A stretch of 64,000 nt of DNA from Octopus vulgaris (lineage: Eukaryota), in NCBI GenBank assembly GCA_951406725.2, contig OX597823.1:25854001-25918000 (forward strand). The letters are read 5' to 3'. Position 1 is the first letter of the stretch. Each line of letters opens with the position of its first letter. Shown piece after piece: positions 50,802-63,364 of this stretch. The position numbers were made by a program, and so were the translations under genes. The notes beneath the pieces are model-generated. The model was not told the origin of the DNA. It saw only the letters and a program-made list of their open reading frames with translations, and ran no database searches.

Positions 50802-52640
50802 TTCATCATCATCATTTAATATCCCTTGTCCATGCTGGCATGAGTTGGATGGTTTGACTGGGGCTGGCAAGCTGGGAGGCTACTGCACCTAACTCAAGTC
50901 TGATTTGGCATGGTTTCTATGGCTGGATGCCCTTCCTAATGCCAACCACTCTGAGAGTGTAATGCTTTTATATACCACCAGCACATGTGCCATTTGCATG
51001 ACACTAGTATATACCATGACTGTGATTTTGCTTGTCTTGATGGATCTTCTCAAGCACAATATGATGCCAAAGATCTCAGTCATTGGTTCCGTGAGGCTCA
51101 ACACTCGAAAGGAGCTCAGCCACTTTGCTTCCATGAGGCCCAATCCTCAAAAGGTGCTTTTTACTTGTCAGTGGTATGGGTGCCAACTAGGTGACACCAG
51201 CATCATCCACGACTATGATTTCATTTGGCTTGATGGGTCTTCTCAAGCACAACATATCGCTAAAGGTCTCAGTCACCAGTCATTACCTCTGTCAGGCCCA
51301 AACTTTGAAGATTTTGCTTCCCCATCTCATCCCATGTCTTCTGGGTCTACCTCTACCACAGGTTCCCTCCACAGTTAGAGATCGGCACTTCTTTATACAG
51401 CTGTCTACATCCATATGCATTGCATGAGCATACCAGAACTGTTGTCTTTCTTGCACACTATATCTGATGCCTCTTATGCCCAACTTTTCTCTCAAGATGC
51501 TTACACTCTGTCAAACATGCATACTGATATTGTACATCCAGTGAAGCATACTAGCTTCATTTCTTTCAAGCATGTTCTCAGCTGTTACAGCCCATGTTTC
51601 ACTGCCATGTAACATAACTGTTCACACACAGGCATCATACAATCTGCCTTTCACTCTGAGGGAGAAGCCCTTTGTTACCAGCAGAGGTAGGAACTCTCTG
51701 AACTTTGCCCAGCCTAATCTTATTCTCACAGCTATGCTCTCGGAGCATCCACTTACACTACTAACTTGGTCACCAAGATAACAGAAGTTATTTACTAATT
51801 CTAGCTTACCCCGTTGGCAGTTGATGAAGTATATTTTCTGTATATTTTCAGTGTTTATTGTACATGTGCCTCTTCCACATACAAAAGCTATTTTCCCTGT
51901 TGACCTTCCTCTAATATTGCTGCACCTTTTATGTGTCCAAAGCTTACACCAGGTGCATCTTATGGAGTCTCTACCTATGCCTTTTCTACATATTGAGTAG
52001 GGCCATCTACCTGAAGGGATTTGTGATTTGTCTGCTTTCCTACTTTCTAAGACTTTGGTCTTCGTTACTCTGTTATTGCCTGGAGGACTCTGATGAATGA
52101 GAGGGGGCTGAGGACCATCCTTGGTGAACCCCTACTTGTACCCTGAATTCCTCGCTGTACTCCTTGTCAGCCCTCACCTTATTGGTAGTGTCCCTGTGCA
52201 AGCCTTGTAAAGCTCTCACCAACCACTCATCTATCCCTAGTTTCTGCATTGACCACCAGATAAGGGATTGGTGGACCCTGTCAAAGGCTTTCTCCAAGTC
52301 AACAAAAGTCAAGTACAGAGGTTTATCTTTGACCAGGTATTTTTCCTGCAGCTGCCTTACCAGAAATATAGCATCAGTGGTGCTTCTCTGTAGCACAACA
52401 CCAAACTGCATCTCATACAGACTAACTCTCTCCCTAATTAATTGGGCAATGACTCTTTCTGTAACTCTGATCACCTGATCCAACAATTTGTTACCTCTGT
52501 AATTGTTTCTATTTCAGGCACCACATTTACCTTTGTAGAAGTTGACTATGGTGCTGCTACACCAGTCATTGGATATGACTCCTTCATGAACAATATGATT
52601 TACAATATGGATGACTAGACCATAACCCACACTACCAGAT
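50802..52640 (-). mobile_element. RTE-clade LINE, 5'-truncated, with internal deletion of the YADD region
   Basis: ORF 52073-52486 (QFG, TTDAIF, FVDLEKAFDRV, GVHQG); junction near 52060 skips YADD; PHD, C-terminus and tail present. Confidence 0.9.
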
Positions 52641-53072
52641 AGGGTAGGGTAGCTGACTGCTTATTGTGATCATTCGTCTTTTGGTTTCCTGTAGCTTTGC
52701 TCTTTTACAAACCCAGTGAACATATATTTCCTATTTCAAAGAAATTCAAACAATAGATATAAGACCCAAGTTAAAAAGATTCTTAACAATTCAACTTCTC
52801 TGCTTTACATTAAGACACCCACCCCCAACAGGGGCCTTAACTCTCACATTTTAGAGCTCCATGACCTTCATTTTTGAGGTGCAAAATCCTTTTAACAGGT
52901 TCAGTAAGACTGGAATTTTGGAATATGCGCATAAAAATCAGTAGTATGGGATACATGTGACACAATTACAATTTTTTTAGGGTGTGTAAAGAGAGAAATA
53001 ACCCTCATCTGCAATTTTGATGAAATTCGAAACATAGATATTCCAGTTCATTACAGAAAATATCTCTGCTAG

Positions 53073-53135
<63 letters not shown>

Positions 53136-53364
53136 ATACTAAATTAGCAATGGTGGAGGATGTTCTGAAATATTGTTTCTCTTCTTCCTCTCCACCACCC
53201 TCTCTCTGTCTGTCTGTCTGCCTGTCTCTCTCTCTCCCCTGCCAAGTAACCTTGTACCTCCTCTACAGCAAGACACCTGTTTCTCTCTGCCTCACTATAA
53301 CCTTTCATCATTCAACACAAGATCACTTCCTCCAATGCCCCCCTCCCTCTCAAAAGAGTCTTTT

Positions 53365-53630
53365 TTGTCTTGCAAGTACTTGGTGACCCTGTCAGTGCAG
53401 GTTCCACTTAAAATCCCCCAGTCCACAATGTAAAGTCATTGGCATTTAGAAGGGCATCCAACTGTAAAAACCTTGCTAAGTCCACTCTACTGAGTGGTTG
53501 GTGTTAGGAAGGGCATCCAGCTGTAAAAATCCTGCCAAAACAGTCTAGTCCAGGCTTCTGCTTGGTCAGCTCTTGTCAAACCATCCCACCCATGCCAGCA
53601 TGTAAGATGGACATTAAATGATAATGATGA
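53365..53630 (+). mobile_element. RTE 3'-tail fragment with duplicated conserved motif
   Basis: ttggcatttagaagggcatccaactgtaaaa and tggttggtgttaggaagggcatccagctgtaaaa; tail atgataatgatga. Confidence 0.7.
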
Positions 53631-53632
53631 TA

Positions 53633-54291
53633 TATGAGGGGAAGTCAAAAATTATCCACGCTTTCACCATGACATATCTTTATTATTGTCACACTGCCTT
53701 CTGCACATGCGTACTTATAGTTGGTACTATTGTGGTCACGTGATCGAAGGTTGAGCCTGATTGCGCCATTTTTCTTTTTGACTTTACAATGTAAGCATGG
53801 CTGCTCCACTAGCAATATGCATCAAGGAAGAACAAGAGTAGTGATCTGAGAGATGGTAATGGTGAACCAATTCACCATTACCATCTCTCAAGCTTACTGA
53901 ATCTTCTTATCAGTGATGGAGGTTGATTGATGTCCTGCCCCTCTTCGTGTGTCATGCTTGTCTGGCCACTTTTAAACTTCTCGATCTACTCATACACACT
54001 TCTACACAGTAGTGCACTGTCCCAGAATTATGCTAAAAGCTTCTGATGAATTTCAGCACCTGACACATCTTCCTACCAATCACTGCTCAATGTTATCTTT
54101 GGTGCACATTGCTAGTGGAGCAGCCATGCTTACTCTGTAAAGCCACAAAGTAAAATGGCATGATCAAGCTCAAATTTCGATCACGTGACTGCAATAGTCC
54201 CAACTATAAGCATGCATACACAGAAGGCAGTGTGACAATAATAAAGATATGCCATGGCAAAAGTGTGAATAAATTTTGACTTCCCTTCATA
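53633..54291. mobile_element. Mariner-derived MITE with ~200-bp TIRs
   Basis: TATGAGGGGAAGTCAAAA...TTTTGACTTCCCTTCATA in TA context; arms 53633-53835 and ~54090-54291; minus strand carries a degenerate transposase N-terminus (MAAPLAMCTK...SGAEIHQKL...SVYE.IEKFKSGQTS). Confidence 0.85.
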
Positions 54292-55084
54292 TATATATAT
54301 TCAATATACAGTCCTGCTCAAGTCTGAATACACAGTTAAAAATAAGATTGTAAGATTTAATACTGCAATTGATTTAGCATAAGAACAAAAAATTATCAAC
54401 ATCCTATGCAGACTTTTCATGCTGGGATGGAGTTGGAAGATAATATCTTGCTCCAAAGTCTTAATTTTAGCATGGTGTCTTTGGTTGGATGCCCTTCCTA
54501 ACACTCAGCTACTTTATTGAGTAAACTGGGTACATTTTTTTCATTCGTTAGTCCTGTAGAAGTTGTTTTGCTCTTGGTAAGCCTAAAGATTCCTCTCAAT
54601 TCTGCATTATCTCAGCTAAATCTTCAAACTACTTTACAAAGTACACTGGATGATTTTTTCCATAGTGTCATGTTTTGTCATTAAACATGACTTTAAGCTT
54701 GTTTTCATTTGACCAATAAGACAAAAGTGGAAATTTTACCGGTGAGTGTGTTAAATAATAAGGTACTAAAAGATAATGACTCTCCCCAGACACAGCAGAA
54801 TATGCTTCAACACATGAACTCATATAAAGAATCTTGCAACCCAAATCCAAAAACGAAATATGGTAGTTAAACTAAACATATTCAGAACAAACGCTTCCAA
54901 GCATAGACATTTGGGGAAGATACAGTTGATGTAATCAAATTTATTTTTTTATTAGTACAATATTTCGCCGACCCGAAAAGATGAAATTCAGAGTTGGCTT
55001 CGGCGAGGTTTGAACCCAGATTCTAAAGGGACATAATTCAGGAGATTTGGCATGTCAGGAGAGTTAGAGAATGAAAAATAACAC

Positions 55085-55156
55085 AGCTGTACGTCACGTG
55101 GGACAGTCAGTTCAAGGGAGGCAACTGCAGTTTGCTTTATCCTCTGTGTGTGTCAG
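55085..55156 (+). promoter_or_regulatory. Putative POP7 promoter and non-coding exon 1
   Basis: Overlapping CRE/E-box-like gtACGTCACGTGgg at ~55089-55102; donor CAG|GTACGT at 55157; matching branch site TACTAAT ~56760 and acceptor ttctttttcAG at 56806-56807. Confidence 0.5.
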
Positions 55157-56834
55157 GTACGTGAAATTTGTAAACGAATTTTTAGTTTTACCCAAAATAA
55201 TATACTAATCTTTTATTTCTTGTAAAATTATTTTTATCTTTTCAGTTTATTGAATTTTCATTTAATCTTCTATTTAATTTCTTCTGTAATTAAAACTTAC
55301 CACTATTTATATCAGTCTATGATAGTAGAAACAGAGAGCGGAAATTTTGAAGGTATTAACTTTTTCTGAACTATAGTTCGAAGTTCTTTATTATTTCTTA
55401 TAGTTTACTACCTCTAAATCTATCTTATATAGTAAAACACTGCCAAGATAAAGAGATGTTTACGACTTAAGTTTTGCGAACTGTTTATGAAAGCAGCAAC
55501 ATGAAATTTATCAAATTTAGCTTTCATTAACTTAATTTTCTGATACTTTTTATGAACAATTTCCGAATGTCTTTAAGTACTATATTTTGAGTAATAATTT
55601 CCAAAACCAAAAGACATAACGGTGCTGTTTAGAATTTTAAAATATGTTAGTACTTAATAGTGAAAAGCACAATTTCTGGTTCAAATGACCACCAAATTTC
55701 CTCCCAATTACATCCTACCATCTTGGTTAACTATTAATGCTAAATCCCCATGCTCTACTGCTACAAATAAATTCGCTCTTCTCTGCAGCCTGCCAGTGAC
55801 TCCACATGTATCTTTTGAGTACACAATAGAGAGTCACTACTTTCTTGTCTCTGCATATTAAGCATGGTCACTTCCTAGATAATAGGTTTCTGTATTACTC
55901 CTATTTTAACTCATGTCCATTGTCCAGTAATCTTTCGTCACACATCTGTGACCTCTTCAGCTACACTTTCTGTCTTCGTGTGTGCTCTGCTTAGTCCATT
56001 TTGAATTTCTGTATTGCTAAAAACTTCTCACTCTAGAGGAAGGCAGTAGTGGTTTCCCTATCAGGTGCAAAGGTACAAATATTAACTGCAACCCATCTGA
56101 GCTGATTCTCTCTTTAGCTGCATTGTAACTCTTTCTGCCAATTTCATAATTTCGTCTTTCAATTTGATGCTCCTCTAGGCACACTTTTCTAAGCTTTTAT
56201 TTTTTTGCATTTGTATCAGTTGATGACGATAGTGCTATGCAAGTCATTGACACCTTATGTTACTTGATTAACTGTGTAAAGTAACTATTATGTGTCCTAC
56301 TTCACTAGATATTTTCAGCACCTTGACCACTATCCCTTATGGACCTGCAGCTTTACTTGCCATCATATGCATTACAGCTCTTTCAATCTTCTAACTGCCA
56401 ACTTCAATAGTTAATAGCTCTACTTGTGTTAGTTTCTCTCTTTCTCTCACACACACTTTTCTTTATTCAACTGCATTTCTATACTTGTTTCTTCTTGGTG
56501 TCTGTAAGTGTGTGTGCATCACTGTCATTCCACATACACTTTTCCCTGGGCTCCATCCAGTAGAATAAAGACATTATGCTATGTATTCTTTTTTTTTTTT
56601 TTTACTCTAAAGTGTAGTTTGAGAGATGTGACTGCTATTTCTAGCTGGTCAAATGAGGCTCAACTCAAAAAGTCTCTTTTTTCCAATTGAAGCAACAACA
56701 TGATGGTAACAATCTTATTTACACTCTACTAATGTATTGTGTGTCTTTGATGTTGATCTTACTAATCCTCTTGACACTATAATTTCCAAGATGAACTTCT
56801 TTTTCAGCCAAGACATATTGTCCAAATTTCAAAA

Positions 56835-57275
56835 ATGGCTGATGCAAGAAAAGGTGCCAGGTCTACAGAGGCAAAGGGAAAAGAGAAACAGAAAAAACTA
56901 CGTGAACTAGTTGATCAAGAAGAATATATTCTGAGGAAACGGCTCCCACGGACATTTCCAAAGAGACCTAATGATGTATATATTAGCAAAAAGACTAATT
57001 TCAAAGCACAAATGATTCGTTGTCAAACATTTCTAGACAATGGCAACAAAGTCTATATCCATGCTTTAGGAGCTGCTATTAACAGAGCAGTTAATTTAGC
57101 ATTGCAACTGAAGGCTAATGGTTGTGGTTCTGTGGAAATATCCACTAACACATCAACAGTTTACCTCACTGATGACTTGGAACCAGCAAACGATAAACTA
57201 GAATATGAGACATTAACAAGAACCAATTCAGCAATTCACATAAAAGTGTATCGACCTCAAAAATTAAAAGATTGA
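56835..57275 (+). CDS. POP7: Ribonuclease P/MRP protein subunit p20 (Rpp20, Alba family)
   Basis: 146-aa intact ORF with EYILRKRLP..PKRPNDVYISKKTNFKAQMIRC..LD...IHALGAAINRAVNLALQL...NTSTVYLTDDLEP...RTNSAIHIKV, matching metazoan POP7; AAAATGG start context. Confidence 0.95.
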   Translation: MADARKGARSTEAKGKEKQKKLRELVDQEEYILRKRLPRTFPKRPNDVYISKKTNFKAQMIRCQTFLDNGNKVYIHALGAAINRAVNLALQLKANGCGSVEISTNTSTVYLTDDLEPANDKLEYETLTRTNSAIHIKVYRPQKLKD

Positions 57276-57285
57276 ATCAAAACAG

Positions 57286-57315
57286 AATAAATACCACACC
57301 TTTTTTTTTTTTTTT
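57286..57315 (+). terminator. Putative POP7 polyadenylation signal with downstream U-rich element
   Basis: AATAAA at 57286-57291, 10 nt after the stop codon, and T-tract at 57301-57315. Confidence 0.55.
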
Positions 57316-58244
57316 ATAAATGTCTGCAAGTCTAATGAATGTCTTTGTCATCTTTCATCTGAATCAGTAAAATATCAGACTCTTTACACTTGACAGGTAA
57401 CCTCTCTAATGCCAGTAGCATGATTAAACTTTAACATAAACAGCAATGAAGATTGGCAATTTTCTCTTGTCTGTATCAAATGACAAAGGACAATAGCAAA
57501 CAGTGAGACGCTGTTCAGGAGCAGGCCTGTCCAACCCATACCACCATGGAAGAACAGACATAAAACAATGATGACAATACTGATAGGACATGGACAGTCA
57601 ACTCTAGTAATATTTGGACTCGGGTCCTAATAATAATAATTTCTTAATTAATCATAAAGCCATGTAGATCTGTAGGTAGATAGCCACAACAGACTGAAAT
57701 GATAAAATTACTGCTTGATTGAGGATTTATTCTTGTCAATCTTTCCTCACAGTAGATATGTGAGAGCATTCAGGGTTGATGAAATCAACTAAGTACTTGG
57801 GTTAACGGTATCAACTAATCCCCCTTCCCCTCAAAATTGCTGGCCTTGTGCCCTAAATCAAAAACCATTTTGTCTCTACCACCCTTTTTTTTTTGTAGAT
57901 CCAAGCAAGGCTAGAATATTTAGAGTGTATCACCCCAGTATATTACTGGTACTTGTCAAAGTCACTAGCTGATTTTGAGAACACCATTTTAATGTCCACT
58001 TTTCCAAGCTTGCATGGATCTTATGCAATTCAATGAAATAGATTTTCTAAGGATGGATGGCCTTCCTGTTGCCACTCTTCATCTGTTTCTGTGCAAGGTA
58101 ATTATTCCTCATGGCCAGACATGTTTTCCATGAAGATTGGAAATGGACAATACCTGTTTACACCATCAAGCAACGTCAGGACAAAGACGCATATGCAAGC
58201 AAGGTATGCACACATGCTCGTGTGTATATACAAATATATATTTA

Positions 58245-59045
58245 TTGTGGTTTGGACATGTGATGCGTGTGGAAGAAGCTAACTGTATAAAGTGCTGGTT
58301 GCTTAAAGTGGTTGAAATCTGCAGAAGAGGGAAACCGAGGAAGATATGGGATGAAGTAGTGAGGGTTGATCTCAAGATGTTGAGCCTCACAGAGATGTCT
58401 GGTGATATGAATTTCTTAAGAAAACCCACTCATTTCAGTGAAACTGAGTTCTAGAAGCACTGTATTCCACCCACATATAACAATTCACTCCCCACCCCCA
58501 CCCCAGTGAACCAAACTACATCTCTTCACACACTATGATTATTTCCCTACCAACTGTATCATTGCTATCCTGTTGCTCCTGTGGACCCATGTCTGACACT
58601 GACTATATTCCCCTTCTCCTCCCCCATTTGCACTCATGAAATCCCAGCTCACTCACCATCCAATCCTCTGTACAATTTAGTCTCCTCCTTGTACGTATGA
58701 CCTGGCATGGCAGCATCATCTCCTTTCTCCCCAACTGGGATAACCATGTATCTTCTCTACAGCAAGACATTTTAATCCTCATCATCACCTGGCACAAAGC
58801 CACCTCACTCAATACTACTCTCAGTTTAGGGTCTTTGTCTTGCAAGTTACTGGGTGCCTACCGGCGTTGATGCCATGTAAAAAGCACCCAGTGCACTCTG
58901 TGAAGTGTTCGGTATCAGGAAGAGCTTCCAAATGTAGAAACCATGCCAAGGCAGACAGTTAAAGCTAGGTGCAGTTTTCTAGCTTGTCAGTCATATCAAA
59001 CTGTCCAACCTATTGCCAGCATGGAAGATGGATATCAAATGATTA
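58245..59045 (+). mobile_element. Older RTE subfamily 3' fragment
   Basis: WFGHVMRVEE...RRGKPRKIWDEVVR.DL in ORF 58137-58454; diverged tail gccagcatggaagatggatatcaaatgat. Confidence 0.7.
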
Positions 59046-59054
59046 TAATATGTA

Positions 59055-59086
<32 letters not shown>

Positions 59087-59454
59087 CATACACACACAGG
59101 AGTTAAGGAATGGAGTAGATAAAATCTGAGCTACATATTTCATAACAAGTGGAACCTCAGAAGTGGTAGATATCCAAACGAGGTGTATACCACAAGCTAC
59201 TCTTCAGGCCAAGGGTATCTTGATTAAATGAAGCTTTAGATTGTCGTAAGGAAATATATGTCAACACACGGACAATTCTGATCGAATTGTCCATGTGTAG
59301 TTTTTTAATATTTTCTACGGTTTGCTTGAAGCTCACCTTCCTACACCTTGATCCTTGGATCTTACATTTATACATATATATATAAAAGCAAATTAGCTTA
59401 AGAAAATCTCTGTAAGAGATGAAAGCAGTATCTATACTGAGAAGTAATGTTTAT

Positions 59455-59663
59455 CACCAGAGCTGGAGGCAAGTAAAAAGCACCATTCAAACGTGAATAA
59501 AATTCAAGCAAGGTTGTTGCCAGTGCCGCTGAACTGGCTCCTCTGCAGGTGGCATGTAAAAGACACCACTTGAGAGGGGCTGGTGGCATGTAATAGCACC
59601 CACTACACTCTCGGAGTGGTTGGCATTAGGAAGGGCATCCAGCTGTAGAAACTCTGCCAGATC
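59455..59663 (+). mobile_element. RTE 3'-UTR fragment
   Basis: cacccactacactctcggagtggttggcattaggaagggcatccagctgtagaaactctgccagatc. Confidence 0.85.
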
Positions 59664-59699
59664 ACACACACACATGATGGACTAAACAACAGTAGTTCT

Positions 59700-59969
59700 T
59701 TATTTACTTTTGACAGATATTTGTCATCTTGTTTGTTGTTAACACAACGTTTCAGCTGATATATGCTCCAGCCATCATCAGGTGTCTTGGAGAAATTTCA
59801 AACCTGGATTCTCATTTTTCGATGTTATTATTCGAAATTTCCCCTAAGACACTTGATGAAGGCTGGAGGGTATATCAGCCGAAACATGTTAACAACAAAC
59901 AAGATGAGGACAAATATCTGTCAAATGTAAATAATGTACATAATTCCTCATCTCTTAAATATAGAACTG
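59700..59969. mobile_element. Second family D insertion: inverted duplication of the hammerhead segment with 12-bp TSD
   Basis: 59700-59830 is a reverse-complement copy of 37090-37238; 59831-59969 is a forward copy; aacagtagttct at 59688-59699 and 59970-59981. Confidence 0.85.
59741..59786 (-). ncRNA. Minimal type I hammerhead ribozyme motif
   Basis: Minus strand GACAC CTGATGA T GGCTG gagcatatat CAGCT GAAA CGTT GTGTT; core intact. Confidence 0.7.
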
Positions 59970-60627
59970 AACAGTAGTTCTGTTCCAAACAGTTTTCATG
60001 CACCATGCCAGAATGGATTTCATGTAACTATTTGATGAGAGTGGAAAAAAGACTAAGATAAGTTTAATTTCTCCTACTTTTTTTTTAATAAATATTTTAT
60101 TTAAATTCAAAATCTTTTATTTAGGTATTAATATATCAGTCTCGTATATTTTCTTCCATAAAGACTTTACTCTAGTTGTCTCTTCTTTATCTGAATGAAG
60201 AGGCAGAAAGGAGACCAGTCCGTTATATAATATACTGTCATCAGATTGGCTTTCTAGATGTTTAACCTACAAAACGAGATAAACAAACAAAAATTAAAAT
60301 ATAATTGTTGAATTATTTCAAATATGATAAAGAGAAAACTTACAATAAAATTTGTCAAAAGCTTCAAAATGTGGATAGTAGAATTAGGCCAACCAAAATG
60401 TTTTGCAATACAGTAATACCTCACTTTACAAGATCCTGGGTTTACGAGTTTTATTTTACAGCTCATTTTTGAACAAAGTGCAAAAGTTTCTACTACAATA
60501 ACAAATGCTTCTTCATGTTAGCGAGAAATTTATAGAGCAAAAGAAAAAAAGTTTCTTCTAAGCAAACAACTCTAGATTTGTTTTTTTATGTTAAAAAGAA
60601 ATCTACAAGTCTGTCTATGAGTGTTCG

Positions 60628-60745
60628 AAAGGATAAAAGGCAAAGTTGACCTCGGTGGAATTTGAATTCAGAATATAACAATAGATGAAATACCTCTAAG
60701 CATTTTGCCCAGCATGCTAACAACTCTGCCAGCTTGCCACCTTAA
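60628..60745 (-). mobile_element. SINE family B fragment
   Basis: gaaaggataaaaggcaaagttgacctcggtggaatttgaattcag...ctgccagcttgccacc. Confidence 0.75.
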
Positions 60746-61194
60746 CGATTATAATAATATTTTTTATTATAAGTGATCTTGACATTCTTTTTTACATAAA
60801 GTATTCTTTACATTCTACTGTTGTTTTATTGCCATTTATTTACTAGTATTATAAATTTTATAGGTTAAAATATTTCTCTTGAAACAAATTACACTTTATA
60901 ACATTGCTACTATGGGAAATTATTGCTCTGCTTTATGAATGGTCTCAGGGAATGAATTAACTCGTATATCAAGGCATTACTGTATTTAGTTACATCCCTT
61001 TATTATTTGACTTCAAATTCTGCTGGGTTCAACTTTGCCTTTCCTGCTTCTAGGGATGAATAAAACAAGTAGTTTGGGGTTGATTTAATCAACTATATCC
61101 AACATTTGTGGCATTGGGTTGTAAAGTTAAAGTAACTAGGCTAAATTCTTTGTGGTATTTAGTCAAAAAATTATATATTCTAGGAATCGAAATT

Positions 61195-61512
61195 GAACCT
61201 GGCACGTAAAAAGCGCTATCCGAATTGTGGCCGATGCCAACACCGCCTTGACTGGCTTCCATGCCGGTGGCACGTAAAATGCACCAATCCGATCGTGGCC
61301 GTTGCCAGCCTCGCCTGGCACCTGTGCAGGTGGCACGTAAAAAGCACCCACTACACTCACGGAGTGGTTGGCGTTAGGAAGGGCATCCAGCTGTAGAAAC
61401 ACTGCCAGATCAGACTGGAGCCTGGTGCAGCCTCTGGCTTCCCAGATCTCCGGTCAAACCGTCCAACCCATGCTAGCATGGAGAACGGACGTTAAACGAT
61501 GATGATGATGAC
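61195..61512 (+). mobile_element. RTE 3' UTR and tail fragment, little diverged
   Basis: Repeated ggtggcacgtaaaa units, conserved motif and (GAT)n tail; CpGs retained. Confidence 0.9.
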
Positions 61513-63364
61513 ATTCAAATCCAGTAGCAGCTTGTAAATAAAATTATTTGGGGTGCTACTTCAGAAAACTTTCAGCTGTTTTAATATTGTGTAAAAGGAA
61601 ACAAACATATAAAAAGAAAATTTAAGCATAAACTTGATCAGTTTGTGTTTTAGCCACTGCCAGGTAGTGTGTTTAATTTGTTCACTGAACACTGCTGTGA
61701 ATTCTCCTTTGTTTTTCAAATGTGCCCTATTTTCCAAATCCTAGCAGCAACACTGAAGCTGGAAGCAGGATAATAATCTAATTCTACATTTTATCACATT
61801 CAAGAATATAAGCATGATTTTAAGCACAACACATGCAGAGGGTAAAAGAAACACTACCTTTCACTCGGCACTGTCGTTCACACAGTGCTCTCTCTCCCTA
61901 GTGTGAAACTTCCTATTTCAGACATGTGAGTATGCACACAACAGTCAAACATTGTGAAGCGCGCAGTTCTATATAAGGATTTTTGTATATTTTTCGTAAA
62001 CTAGGGGGTGGCTACTGACATTAAGCTTAAGGATTATACAATATACAAGTATAAAGAAAGAATTAAAGACAAAAGGACTCATTATATTGAATGTTATCGA
62101 TAATATCAAGTGGAAATACTGCAGTTCCTATACACGAGCCATCACGGTTCAAATCCCACAAAGATCAAAATTTAAGAACTGAGAGTAAATATAACACCCA
62201 TAACAAAAAAAAAAAACAAATGCCAGAAGACACCACCGGTTGTAATTTTCTGCTATGAGCAACAAATGCATTGTAAAAATGAATAAGTGCATTCTTGTTT
62301 TCTTGTATTGAGTTTTAATTTCTACCACAAGAAAAGTCAATAGGCATACATTCTAACCAAGGGAAAATGTGTTACTCTTCCAAGTTGTGCCACAGAAACC
62401 AGAAATAACTCGCTTAACCTTTGGAAATAGGTTAAATCTGTTTAAATTGAGCATTTACATTAACTCCAAGATAACAATTGCTATCTTTTAATGTTAAATT
62501 GTTTAAAAATACAACTGCAGTCACTGTCCTTTCTCAAACTGAGTAATGTGGAGATAGAGGATGACTTATTTCCCAATTAGGTAAACCAAAACTGGTAGGG
62601 GTGTCCTGATCAACCATCCATAGAATTCACTAAACTACACTATACAGCAGAGTGATGATGGTTTCAATTATGTGTTACCTGTTTTCTGACATACTGCACT
62701 GCAAGTTCAAGGTTCTGAGGCTCAGTATACTTTGATGCAAACAGGTTTCTCCAGAGAGCACTGGCAAGGACTCTGTCATTTGACATCAAACCCTGAAATC
62801 AAGAACATAATCATTTAATAATATGTGAACTTAAAATAATAGAGGTATAATGTGTAAAAAAAAAACTATTTCAATGACACACCAAGGGATATTAAATGAT
62901 TGTGAAATGTTTAGGACAGAGCTTTTTGATTTGATAGAGTGTATGAATAAAAACCAAAAGGTTGCTTGTTTATATCCCAGCAGTAGCAATATTAAGTCTA
63001 TGGACAAACAATTCTTGCTTATACTATCAAGAACAATGCTTCAAGTAAGCCATATATAAACTCAGTCCACCTATCTACAACCAGCTATCACTGTTTAAAT
63101 GCAAAGTGTTTCGTTAGCTTAAAGAACTGACTTCAAATATATTTACATATATATTGTATAAAGGACCGTGGGTAAGGCCAGAACAATGCAAAGTAAATTG
63201 AAGGCAAAACAAAAAAAATAAATAAATAAATGTAGAAAATGGGGTCATAACCTTGAAATATTGAATACAAGGTAAGTCTACATTAATTCATATTGTTTTC
63301 TTGTGATTTATACAATATATTCTACACAATGTTTCATAGTAATTATTCCATAGCCATTAGAACA

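Noticed and set aside
56835-57315. POP7 as a processed pseudogene
   Set aside because: ORF is intact, the downstream tract is poly-T not poly-A on the sense strand, no TSD is visible, and there are upstream splice signals
59848-59890. Functional hammerhead on the plus arm
   Set aside because: Core reads TTGATGA and the stem III/cleavage triplet is deleted, so it is probably inactive
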